62,436 nt of DNA. Origin: a virus. Lineage: Duplodnaviria > Caudoviricetes. The translations under genes and the position numbers were made by a program. The notes beneath the pieces were generated by a model. The model made no database searches and was not told the origin of the DNA. It worked only from the letters and a program-made list of their open reading frames with translations. Below are positions 41,157-49,985 of the stretch, one piece after another. The first letter of the stretch is position 1; every line of letters starts with the position of its first letter. The DNA lies in IMG/VR virus record IMGVR_UViG_3300023440_000005, positions 1-62,436 of that record; one strand, written 5' to 3'.

Positions 41157-42020
41157 ATGGCAAAATCCACAGAAACTCTATTAGACCAGAAGGCGTTTGG
41201 TAGAGGTACTCAAGCCCCGATGGTAGATCCTTCAAAAGGGGGTCAGTTTGGGTGGTCTAATAACATTGGAGCATTCGTATCTAATGCTGCATATGTTAGA
41301 CGTAATCTAGTATGTATACTACTAGAAGCACCACTTTTCTTTTCTAGTATGCCAGAATCTGAAAAGTGGGTAGCTACTTTAAAATCGCTAGTTGAATTAC
41401 ACGCTAAAACTGTAGATGGGTTTAATGCAGGATTATCTGTAGAATTTAATGATCATGCTGTAGGCGGAGCTGGCGAGTTACAAGATGAGGTAGTCAACGT
41501 AACTAGGGCACGTACTGAGCCTGTATTTACATTTGATGAAAAGTTCGGTAGACCTATACAAACATTCTTAGAAAACTGGATAGTTTATGGTATGATGGAT
41601 CCAGATACTAAGTATGCTATGGTTAATACTTTAAGCGGGACTAAAGTTGATAATATGTTACCTGATCAATATACTGGTACAATTTTAGCATTTGAAGCTG
41701 ATCCTAGTTTCCGCTGGATTACTAAAAGTTGGGTAACTACAAACTTTATGCCTAAATCCAATGGGGATGTTATAGGTAAGAGGGATCTTACTTCACCCTC
41801 TGAAACATTGGAGTTATCTATAGAGTTTACTGGAGTATCTACCAGTTCTTTAGGCACTAATATATTTGCACAGAAGATACTAGATAATATTAATTTAACT
41901 AATGCTAATCCTAATTTAAAACCATCATTTATACAAAGTATTAGTGATGATGTACAAGCTGTTACTACTGGATTTAAATCTGGTTTAGAAGGTTTAGGAT
42001 CAAAAGCGGTTAAAGTATAA
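41157..42020 (+). CDS. Tail tube protein (phiKZ gp30-like)
   Basis: 287 aa directly after the sheath; GGQFG, YVRRNL..ILLEAP, LKSLVELH, YGMMDP.TK. Confidence 0.82.
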   Translation: MAKSTETLLDQKAFGRGTQAPMVDPSKGGQFGWSNNIGAFVSNAAYVRRNLVCILLEAPLFFSSMPESEKWVATLKSLVELHAKTVDGFNAGLSVEFNDHAVGGAGELQDEVVNVTRARTEPVFTFDEKFGRPIQTFLENWIVYGMMDPDTKYAMVNTLSGTKVDNMLPDQYTGTILAFEADPSFRWITKSWVTTNFMPKSNGDVIGKRDLTSPSETLELSIEFTGVSTSSLGTNIFAQKILDNINLTNANPNLKPSFIQSISDDVQAVTTGFKSGLEGLGSKAVKV

Positions 42021-42028
42021 TCTTAGAG

Positions 42029-42058
42029 TCTACGTAAGCACCTAGGTGCTTACGTAGA
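42029..42058. terminator. Perfect 30-bp palindrome after the tube gene
   Basis: TCTACGTAAGCACCT/AGGTGCTTACGTAGA. Confidence 0.6.
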
Positions 42059-42087
42059 TAATTTACATTTATTAAGAGGATGGGTGA

Positions 42088-44094
42088 ATGGCATTTATGA
42101 ATATAATACTCTCGGTTGAGTCTAAAAAAGATAAGGTTAAAATAATGGGTTTAAGCATAAGAACCTTAAATAAACGTATAACTAAATATATGAACACTAC
42201 CACATTTAGTAAATATGCTCTCAATATAGACGCCAAGAGACCGGGTAGAAGTTGTACATTTAGCGACTATTGGTTACCTGATCTACTTTCAATTCTTCAA
42301 GGTATGACAAAAGTGGAAACTAACTTACAATATAGTAATTTTCTTAAAAAATTAACTAGGTTACTTATAGAAAATTCATGGTTATCCACTGCTAGACACC
42401 ATCCATCTAAAAACCTAGATTTTAAGGCCCTTAGATTCCTTAATTACAAACCACTAGTACATCAACAGGAGTTTTTAGACGATTATAATGATACGGTAGC
42501 AGCTTTTAAATTAAGGGGTAAGCTATTAGCAGCTGCTCCAGGGACTGGTAAGACTGCAACTGCCATCATGCTAGGCGAGCTTTTACATGCCGATAGAATC
42601 ATCATCATCTCACCTTTACCAGCAATGGGTAGGGTTTGGGAAAATCATATTCATGATGTATATAAAAATACTCCTACATATTGGCTATCAACATCTAAAG
42701 TACCTTATGGTAAACAGCGTATAGCAGTTTATCATTATGAGGCATTAAAACAAGCTATTAATGACATATCTTCATTACGTAGTGATAAAATGTTACTAAT
42801 ATTAGATGAATCACATAACTTTAATAACCATAAATCACTAAGATCCCAGTTACTTATAGAGCTAATTAATAGATTGAATATCCCTGATGTGGTATTTGCA
42901 TCCGGAACTCCTATAAAAGCATTAGGGTCTGAGATGATCGTGTTATTACAAGCGATAGATCCATTATTTAAAGAAAGTGAAGTGAAAGCTTTTAATAAAA
43001 TATTCGGCCAATCTGCTAGACTCCAATCCATAGAATTATTAAAAGTCAGATTGGGTAAACTATCCTTTAAAGTAGAGAAGACTGCTATAAAGTTAGATGC
43101 TCCTAACCTTATCGAGACTGTGGTAAAGTCAGCTAATAGTAAAGAATATACTTTAGAAGTGGTTAGTGCTAAAATGAAGGAGTATGTAGAGGAAAGAACC
43201 AAATATTATAAGTCTAGATCTAGAGAAGATACTGAAGGGTTCTGGAGACTTATTGATATGTTCAAAAAAAATAATCCCGCAGAAGCTAGCAATTTAGATT
43301 TGTACTTAACAAATCTAAATACTGTTATATCTAGAAATGGTAATATGCTACATGAGATAGTAGAGATAGTATCTGCTACTAATACCTATGAGAAAGTGAT
43401 AGCTTCTAGTTTTAACACAAAGGATAGAGATTCATTTAGACATCTTAAAACCTTGGTTAAATACCCATCCCTTAAAGTTCAAGGAGAGGCTCTAGGTAGA
43501 ATATTAAGTAAAGAACGTATAGCTGCATTTAAAGAGATAGCCCTTAATTTAGATCTATCGGAGATTATTGAGACCTCTGAGAAGAAGACTGTTATTTTCA
43601 GCACTAATATAGAGGTATGTGAAGTAGTTTATGATAGACTCAAAGAGTACAACCCTTCTAGGGTATATGGCAACTTTACTAAAAATCTTAATAGTGAAGT
43701 CAAGGAGTTCGTAACCGGTAATACGAACCCTATGATAGCCACCTACGCTTCGTTAAGTACCGCAGTCCCCCTTATATCAGCTAATACCGTTATTCTGCTT
43801 AACCCCCCTTTTAGAGCCTATATACAGGATCAAGCAATATCCAGGGTACATAGATTAGGAGCTGATACATCTATATATGTTTATGAGTGTAGGCTAGATA
43901 CTGGTGAAGAACCCAACTTAACTACTAGGGGTATTGACATATTGAAGTGGTCTGAAGAACAAGTATTTAAAATAATGGAACTACCATCAATATACACCCC
44001 AATATCCCCAGATGGTAAATTAGCTACTGAGCAATATGACATTACCATAGATACTGAAATAAAAACAACTGGTAACATTTTAACCACTTGGTGA
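42088..44094 (+). CDS. SNF2-type SF2 helicase/ATPase (phiKZ gp203-like, probably virion-packaged)
   Basis: AAPGTGKT, ILDESHN, ASGTPI, QAISRVHRLG. Confidence 0.88.
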   Translation: MAFMNIILSVESKKDKVKIMGLSIRTLNKRITKYMNTTTFSKYALNIDAKRPGRSCTFSDYWLPDLLSILQGMTKVETNLQYSNFLKKLTRLLIENSWLSTARHHPSKNLDFKALRFLNYKPLVHQQEFLDDYNDTVAAFKLRGKLLAAAPGTGKTATAIMLGELLHADRIIIISPLPAMGRVWENHIHDVYKNTPTYWLSTSKVPYGKQRIAVYHYEALKQAINDISSLRSDKMLLILDESHNFNNHKSLRSQLLIELINRLNIPDVVFASGTPIKALGSEMIVLLQAIDPLFKESEVKAFNKIFGQSARLQSIELLKVRLGKLSFKVEKTAIKLDAPNLIETVVKSANSKEYTLEVVSAKMKEYVEERTKYYKSRSREDTEGFWRLIDMFKKNNPAEASNLDLYLTNLNTVISRNGNMLHEIVEIVSATNTYEKVIASSFNTKDRDSFRHLKTLVKYPSLKVQGEALGRILSKERIAAFKEIALNLDLSEIIETSEKKTVIFSTNIEVCEVVYDRLKEYNPSRVYGNFTKNLNSEVKEFVTGNTNPMIATYASLSTAVPLISANTVILLNPPFRAYIQDQAISRVHRLGADTSIYVYECRLDTGEEPNLTTRGIDILKWSEEQVFKIMELPSIYTPISPDGKLATEQYDITIDTEIKTTGNILTTW

Positions 44095-44250
44095 AAAATG
44101 CTAGAGTTCATACCGCTACAGACTTGGTATATCTATATCAGTATAGGTTTAGAACATACGCGATCTTTATTTAAAGCTACGATTAGCCAGAGATCCTTGA
44201 CTATGGTAATAATCACCCTATAGTAAAAAAAATAAAAAAAGATGATTAGC

Positions 44251-44288
44251 TAGAACCTACTTAGACCTTAGTGTCTAAGTAGGTTCTA
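44251..44288. terminator. Hairpin terminator between convergent genes
   Basis: 16-bp stem TAGAACCTACTTAGAC/GTCTAAGTAGGTTCTA; T-rich tract on the - strand. Confidence 0.7.
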
Positions 44289-44298
44289 TATGGTAATC

Positions 44299-44724
44299 CT
44301 AAGCGTATTTATTATACGATAGTGTAACTAAGCCCAATCCCATAATAAGTATGAACATAGACCTAGGTGTGGTTGACATCTGAATATCAGTCCTAGTAAT
44401 ATAAGTATAATTAGAATTTACTAGTGAAAAGTTTAGTAGATCAGGGCTATTAAAAAGGGGGTCTATAACGTCATTAGCATCTACATCATTAAAAGATATA
44501 GGCGCCAGTGGCATAACTGTAGTTGTACTACTTGCAAGAAATGTCAAATATGCACCAGTGTTATCACTAGACCATATATAGCCAATTACTCTAGTTTCAG
44601 GAGATAGGGGTAGATCAATATAACTATCTCCTGTAAACTTAAAATAATCAGGATTAACCCCTACAATAGCAGCACTAGCATTAAATGATCCTAAAATTAA
44701 GACTAGCATACCTATAACTTTCAT
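44299..44724 (-). CDS. Exported protein with signal peptide and C-terminal membrane anchor (PEP-CTERM-like architecture)
   Basis: MKVIGMLVLILGSFNASA|AIV; C-terminus STTPRSMFILIMGLGLVTLSYNKYA. Confidence 0.6.
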   Translation of the reverse strand: MKVIGMLVLILGSFNASAAIVGVNPDYFKFTGDSYIDLPLSPETRVIGYIWSSDNTGAYLTFLASSTTTVMPLAPISFNDVDANDVIDPLFNSPDLLNFSLVNSNYTYITRTDIQMSTTPRSMFILIMGLGLVTLSYNKYA

Positions 44725-44819
44725 AATTCATCCTTTGATCTAATATGATCAATTATGGATCTCTTTAAATGATCCAATTACCTATACATAAAGGTGTATA
44801 TAGTTAAAATATTGACACG

Positions 44820-45239
44820 TTATTTTAATTTAGTGTCTACTGCGTGTTGCATATTCTGAGCTGCAGTAACCCATTCAAGGTTGGATGGGTGGTTATTATC
44901 CCGTACCCCATCCTTATGATTTACTTGATGTCTTTTAGTAGGGGGTGCCGAAACCCATTCAATAGCTACTAGAATATGAGCCAGATAACAACATCTGTTA
45001 CCATTAGATAATGTAACCTCTATATTTCTATAGGCCTTTATTTTCTTATCTGACCTATATGGGTAAAAGAAACTACCATCGTCTTTTATTAGTCTCACTT
45101 CACCTTTAGCTGAAGCGTAGAGTGCGGTACCCTTACCATATAATGACTCCTTAATGGGTAACTTATAGCCAGCCATAAGCCTCACTCTAACCTTACGCCA
45201 TGTGATACCCTTTATAACTACCTCTTTACTTATACTCAT
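44820..45239 (-). CDS. Free-standing HNH homing endonuclease (I-HmuI/HNH_3-like)
   Basis: HILVA..W...P...VNHKDG...NNH..NLEWVT...N..HA. Confidence 0.9.
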   Translation of the reverse strand: MSISKEVVIKGITWRKVRVRLMAGYKLPIKESLYGKGTALYASAKGEVRLIKDDGSFFYPYRSDKKIKAYRNIEVTLSNGNRCCYLAHILVAIEWVSAPPTKRHQVNHKDGVRDNNHPSNLEWVTAAQNMQHAVDTKLK

Positions 45240-45736
45240 AAATTTAAAGATTGTAATCTTTGTGGGGTGGTCTCACTACCCATAGCTATTACGGTTGCTG
45301 TGAATGGTGTATTATACGTTACATATATATCAGATAAATTACAGTCTTTATATTCACAGTGTTTATACATGATATCATCTTTATCCTTAGAATAGATGAT
45401 TATCGAACCATCCTGCATAAACTTGATTAGGATAGAAAGGGTATTCATGAATGGAATACTTTCCCTTTTTGCCATTAGTCCTGACTCAGCACACTTTTCA
45501 TATCTGGTCACGCTACTACCTGAGAATTCATGAGTGTGAACACCCTTAACATTTAAAGATACAAACCCATCTCCAAACATGTTATACGTGATATCATTCA
45601 CTATAAACTCTAAGGTTTTAATATTATTATCCGGTTTTAAATCCAAGCATACTTTAGCTGTTATACTTGAAGCTCTTTCAATTTCAGAATCGTTTAAGTT
45701 AATGGTGGTAGTTTTGATAGTTGAAAAATTTAACAT
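45236..45736 (-). CDS. Hypothetical protein
   Basis: 166-aa ORF with AGGAG RBS. Confidence 0.6.
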   Translation of the reverse strand: MLNFSTIKTTTINLNDSEIERASSITAKVCLDLKPDNNIKTLEFIVNDITYNMFGDGFVSLNVKGVHTHEFSGSSVTRYEKCAESGLMAKRESIPFMNTLSILIKFMQDGSIIIYSKDKDDIMYKHCEYKDCNLSDIYVTYNTPFTATVIAMGSETTPQRLQSLNL

Positions 45737-45758
45737 TTTCTGTCTCCTAAATGGTTGG

Positions 45759-45792
45759 AGGATATCTACCAGTATATACTGGTAGATATCCT
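45759..45792. terminator. Perfect 34-bp palindrome
   Basis: AGGATATCTACCAGTAT/ATACTGGTAGATATCCT. Confidence 0.6.
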
Positions 45793-45810
45793 TACTTACT
45801 TATAATACAA

Positions 45811-46272
45811 TTAAGCCAAGGCATCGGACGCTAACTCGTTAATGAAAGCCCTAGCTGCCTTTAACTGACCGCTGTTCTTACCAGCTTTAACACAGTAGTT
45901 TACATTAGTACACCCCTTTTTGACAATATCATCACCTCCTTGAAGATGATCTTTATAGGTCTTTTGACGATCTGTAATAACATTAATCTTATTCCCCCCA
46001 GACATTTCAACGGTACTAATAACCCGTTCTAGATCAGATTCAGACTCCATTGTTTCAATAGCTAATTCACCTGATGCTAGCGTTGCGGCAGCAACAAATT
46101 GTGAGTTGTGATTGTTGATGGTGTTAACTACATCAATAGTGATATTCTCAGGTAAGGTTGCCTCATATACCCCACCCTTATCTTTTTCGCTAGTTGTACC
46201 ACTTTTAGCATCTACCACTAAAGCATCTTTTATTTTACTTGCTAATTTCTTTGTTTCATCAGATAAAGCCAT
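45811..46272 (-). CDS. Hypothetical protein, probably an early monocistronic gene
   Basis: 153 aa; own promoter module upstream and palindrome downstream. Confidence 0.65.
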   Translation of the reverse strand: MALSDETKKLASKIKDALVVDAKSGTTSEKDKGGVYEATLPENITIDVVNTINNHNSQFVAAATLASGELAIETMESESDLERVISTVEMSGGNKINVITDRQKTYKDHLQGGDDIVKKGCTNVNYCVKAGKNSGQLKAARAFINELASDALA

Positions 46273-46417
46273 TGTTATATCCTTGCTACCAATGTAGCAT
46301 TTGGTTTATAGAAAGCGATGCTGCCATCTATTATATATTTAAAATGATCGAAGGGTTAGTCGCCTAACCATATAATACGTACATTAATTTTTTTATATTA
46401 CGTAGTTATGATACATA

Positions 46418-46455
46418 TTGATAATTCTAGCATCATCAAGTATAGTATATATAAC
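46418..46455 (-). promoter_or_regulatory. Putative early promoter plus 5' hairpin module
   Basis: ttgat-N12-atcaa-gtatagtatatataac. Confidence 0.55.
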
Positions 46456-46518
46456 TATTTATAGATGATCACCTGATGACTTAAGTATGATCAGGTGATA
46501 TGTAAACAGTTATACTAG

Positions 46519-46881
46519 CTATATATTATTATAATTTCCGAATGATGAATCCTCTATTTTCTTACAAGATCTTTTAAATGATGACGGTTCTGGGATATTG
46601 GAGCTGGTAGCTAACCACCTATGTATGGTTGGATATTTAAAATTTACGGTGAGTCGTAATTCTGTGGATTCTTCTGGTTTCAATGATATCAACCTCCCAT
46701 CCACCAGTCTCCAAACCATATATCTAGTAGTACCACCCACCCACTTGGTAACCATTAGGTAGTCACCTTCGGTAAGGTTCTCTTGTTCACCATTCGATAC
46801 CGGTCTTAAATAGTACGAAGAATCAAAACTTATTTGTTTATATCCACAGTCATTGATTGTACTTTTATATATTTTAATCAT
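46519..46881 (-). CDS. Hypothetical protein
   Basis: 120-aa ORF coupled to the protease gene. Confidence 0.55.
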   Translation of the reverse strand: MIKIYKSTINDCGYKQISFDSSYYLRPVSNGEQENLTEGDYLMVTKWVGGTTRYMVWRLVDGRLISLKPEESTELRLTVNFKYPTIHRWLATSSNIPEPSSFKRSCKKIEDSSFGNYNNI

Positions 46882-46882
46882 T

Positions 46883-47623
46883 TCACCATTCTTTAAATGC
46901 TGGTTTTACACATACCGGATGCATTACTTTAAAAGTTTCATTAATATTAGATTTAGTGTCTTCAGTAGCTATAATACTAGTAGCATTCTTAATTCTATCT
47001 ATAATGCTACTAGTTATTAAAAGTGATTCTGATTCTAGTGATGGTGAATCATACTTATTTGCTACTGCTATACCTGGAGCTTCTACATAGTCAAACGTTA
47101 TGATGGTTCTTAATACCCGTATGGTTTTACCACCTTGAAAATAGTCATCAGTTAACCCTCTAACCGAGAAAGCTACATTCTCATCTGGATTATTTAGAGC
47201 TTTCTCTAAATGTTTACCTCTAGGACCACATGGTTTAAACTTACCCATAATAGCTACAAAGTTAGGGTTATCCACACTAGGAGTATTAACCCCATACTTC
47301 TCATCTAGCCAAATTTCCTTAAAGTGGGCTGCAGTGTTAGTCTCTTCTATCTGGTGTACCCTATTGACATAATCCTCCATACTCATACCAGAGAGTTTCT
47401 TAGGATGTCCTAACTCAGCTTTAAGGTACCCTCCCTTCAACCGATTCATTAACATAGATGACGATTCAAATAGATCTTTAGCTCCCTGTAAAGTATAATA
47501 TTCACCCATAGAGTTGAATGTATTTAATCCACCTATAAGCATAGTATAGTAACCGCTTTCATCTGGTTTTACCACACCCACCTTATTTTTACCAACAAGT
47601 TTAGTTACTGTAAACTTAACCAT
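46883..47623 (-). CDS. Prohead (head maturation) protease, phiKZ gp175/T4 gp21-like
   Basis: AELGHP (His), AFSVRG (Ser), ITFDYV..PG (Asp); own SLE and ATE sites near the C-terminus. Confidence 0.88.
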   Translation of the reverse strand: MVKFTVTKLVGKNKVGVVKPDESGYYTMLIGGLNTFNSMGEYYTLQGAKDLFESSSMLMNRLKGGYLKAELGHPKKLSGMSMEDYVNRVHQIEETNTAAHFKEIWLDEKYGVNTPSVDNPNFVAIMGKFKPCGPRGKHLEKALNNPDENVAFSVRGLTDDYFQGGKTIRVLRTIITFDYVEAPGIAVANKYDSPSLESESLLITSSIIDRIKNATSIIATEDTKSNINETFKVMHPVCVKPAFKEW

Positions 47624-47624
47624 T

Positions 47625-48338
47625 TTAGCTCCTAACTATACGCTCAATATCACTAGATGATTCACTTGGCGATACTATAGCGCTAGTGATACCATCGGAG
47701 AAATAGGCCCCTGATAGTTTATTAAGTGTACTTTTAACACTATATAAAACTGACATTAGGGGTACAAATGCTACATTCTTATTATCTATATAACTATAAG
47801 ATTTAATTACAGTTCTTAAATATTTAGACTTATCAATAGTAGAACGACCTATGATAGATGCTATAAACTCTATGGTTTCTTGACTATCCCCAACATTGGA
47901 ATTGGCATATTCTTTAGCCGTATCAAAAAGTTTACATACATCAGTATAATTCATATACCAGGGAACCTTACCTTGAAATATGAATTCCTTAAACATGGGG
48001 TAAATAACCTCATCACTCTTTACTATGTTGAGGTTATTTATAATACTATCACCCTCATCAAAATAAAACTCGTAATAACCAACGTCATTAATAGTTGTTG
48101 TTATAGTCTTATATGGATCCAATTCAACTATACCAGCTACTATCATGGTAGCATACGATCCGTCGTCTAGGATTATGGCTAAACACCCTAATGTTGACGT
48201 ATTCACACCAATCTGACCCAATTCTATTTGTGTAAAACGTTCAGGTATTTGCACTTTACAATGAGCTAAAGCTATAAGGGAGTCTCCATCTTCCTTGATG
48301 GATTCCTTAACTTTAGCGGGGTCTCTTTTTAAGACCAT
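47625..48338 (-). CDS. Conserved virion-region protein (phiKZ gp176 position)
   Basis: KRDP.KV, GKVPWYM.Y, KL.GAYF.DG..SA; synteny. Confidence 0.65.
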   Translation of the reverse strand: MVLKRDPAKVKESIKEDGDSLIALAHCKVQIPERFTQIELGQIGVNTSTLGCLAIILDDGSYATMIVAGIVELDPYKTITTTINDVGYYEFYFDEGDSIINNLNIVKSDEVIYPMFKEFIFQGKVPWYMNYTDVCKLFDTAKEYANSNVGDSQETIEFIASIIGRSTIDKSKYLRTVIKSYSYIDNKNVAFVPLMSVLYSVKSTLNKLSGAYFSDGITSAIVSPSESSSDIERIVRS

Positions 48339-49777
48339 TCTGTTATATTAACCTGGTCCATAGCAAAATCAGTAACATAGTTAATAGCTGCTAATAATGC
48401 AGCCTGTCTTACATCGATATTATTAGCTTGTTTAGTAGCATTTTCAATATCCTCTAAGATGTGATATGCCGATGTGAAATAAAATCTATCTTTAGCTACT
48501 ATGTGTAATGCTAGGTTATTGACGTTATCTAGATCCTTATGTTTAATACCATCTATTCTTTTAGCTATCCGTTCTCTAATATTCTGTAAATATTTAGGGT
48601 TAGATTCTATATAACCCTTTTCTAAGTCAGTTAAGTCAGAAAGCATTTGATTATGTTTTCCCTGAATAAAATCCTTAAAACCAGCAAAGACATTATTCTC
48701 AGCAGTAGTTTTATAGAACATTAAGAAACTAGACCACGCCTTCTTATATACATCACTCTTAGCATCTATAGCTGGTATGGAGGTATCTTTAGAATCAGCA
48801 GATATTAATAAGCCTAATAACACTTCAGGACTACCTCCTGATTGTAACCACTTATCGTATAACTCACCATTAACATCAATAGATCTAGTAGCATATTGTT
48901 TACGCAATACTAGCTGCTGTGTCTTAGTTAACAAGGCTACACTCTTAAGACATAGAAATAAAAGAGTACCACCATAATCTCGCATGTCAGTGATAACTTT
49001 ATTATAAATACTGAGAGACACATCCCAATTCTCATTATCTACATCGGTTAAGAGTTTTCTAGATATAAGATAGATAATAGTAGCATAATTAAGTCTGTCA
49101 AAGACCACCATTTCAGAAATAGCACCAATTGTTAGAGGGTTATTAACATCAGTTATAGTGAATAGTGAATTATAGATGAATTCAATAACCCCTGTACCCA
49201 TTTGACTGGATAATGCAACTATATCCTTATCTATATTACTATCACCTGTCAGTAATAGCAGTAGTATATCATCATACGACTTACTAGATAGTTTAGGAGT
49301 AGTCTCCGGATATAAAAGTGTTTTATTATTATAGTAATCTAACTCATTCAATAGATTAGATTGTACTAAGACCCTAGGGATCTTATGTGGGATGATTTTA
49401 AAACCACTAGCTACATTCATATTAGTCCAATTAGTATGAATGTATTCATTCAACGCATCTCCCATTTCAATGACTAGAGGGGCAACTACATTTTTAGTTG
49501 TTGATATATGGCTTTTAACTAAGTCAGATACTTGATCTACGGTATCACCTAAGACTCTATCATGTAAAGAAATAGAATCGGAAGTTGACATGGTAGATTT
49601 AGCAACTAATATTGGAATATCCTTATCATTCACATCTTGCATAGTTGATAATAGCCCCTTCATGGTAGATGAGAGCGTGGCTACTATAGTATCGTCTATT
49701 GGAACTAGCTCAATATGATTGCTAGTCAAATCATCACTTATAGTTAGTGACTTATTAAAAGTTTTTTCAGATATCAT
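48329..49777 (-). CDS. Conserved virion-region protein (phiKZ gp177 position)
   Basis: 482 aa; VNG.LY.KWL..GGSPEVLLG; synteny. Confidence 0.65.
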   Translation of the reverse strand: MISEKTFNKSLTISDDLTSNHIELVPIDDTIVATLSSTMKGLLSTMQDVNDKDIPILVAKSTMSTSDSISLHDRVLGDTVDQVSDLVKSHISTTKNVVAPLVIEMGDALNEYIHTNWTNMNVASGFKIIPHKIPRVLVQSNLLNELDYYNNKTLLYPETTPKLSSKSYDDILLLLLTGDSNIDKDIVALSSQMGTGVIEFIYNSLFTITDVNNPLTIGAISEMVVFDRLNYATIIYLISRKLLTDVDNENWDVSLSIYNKVITDMRDYGGTLLFLCLKSVALLTKTQQLVLRKQYATRSIDVNGELYDKWLQSGGSPEVLLGLLISADSKDTSIPAIDAKSDVYKKAWSSFLMFYKTTAENNVFAGFKDFIQGKHNQMLSDLTDLEKGYIESNPKYLQNIRERIAKRIDGIKHKDLDNVNNLALHIVAKDRFYFTSAYHILEDIENATKQANNIDVRQAALLAAINYVTDFAMDQVNITEWS

Positions 49778-49977
49778 TATACAGCTCCTTTATTACTTTG
49801 TTTCGCGATATTCATTTTAATCCGCTGGATAATTAAAGTTTCCACTACATCTTTAGTAAGTTTATTACCACTAATGTTATTGGAAATGTCATTACCAGAT
49901 ATGTTTATAATAACGCTACTAACCAATTCTAAAATATTAGCTATAACGGTAGCGGTGTTAATATTTCTTGTATTCAT
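49777..49977 (-). CDS. Small hypothetical protein
   Basis: 66-aa ORF whose stop overlaps the next ATG. Confidence 0.5.
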   Translation of the reverse strand: MNTRNINTATVIANILELVSSVIINISGNDISNNISGNKLTKDVVETLIIQRIKMNIAKQSNKGAV

Positions 49978-49985
49978 ACTTGATC

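Noticed and set aside
24938-44094. Inteins in DNA polymerase, terminase or helicase
   Set aside because: Lengths fit the intein-free families and no C...HN-C/S/T splice signatures were seen
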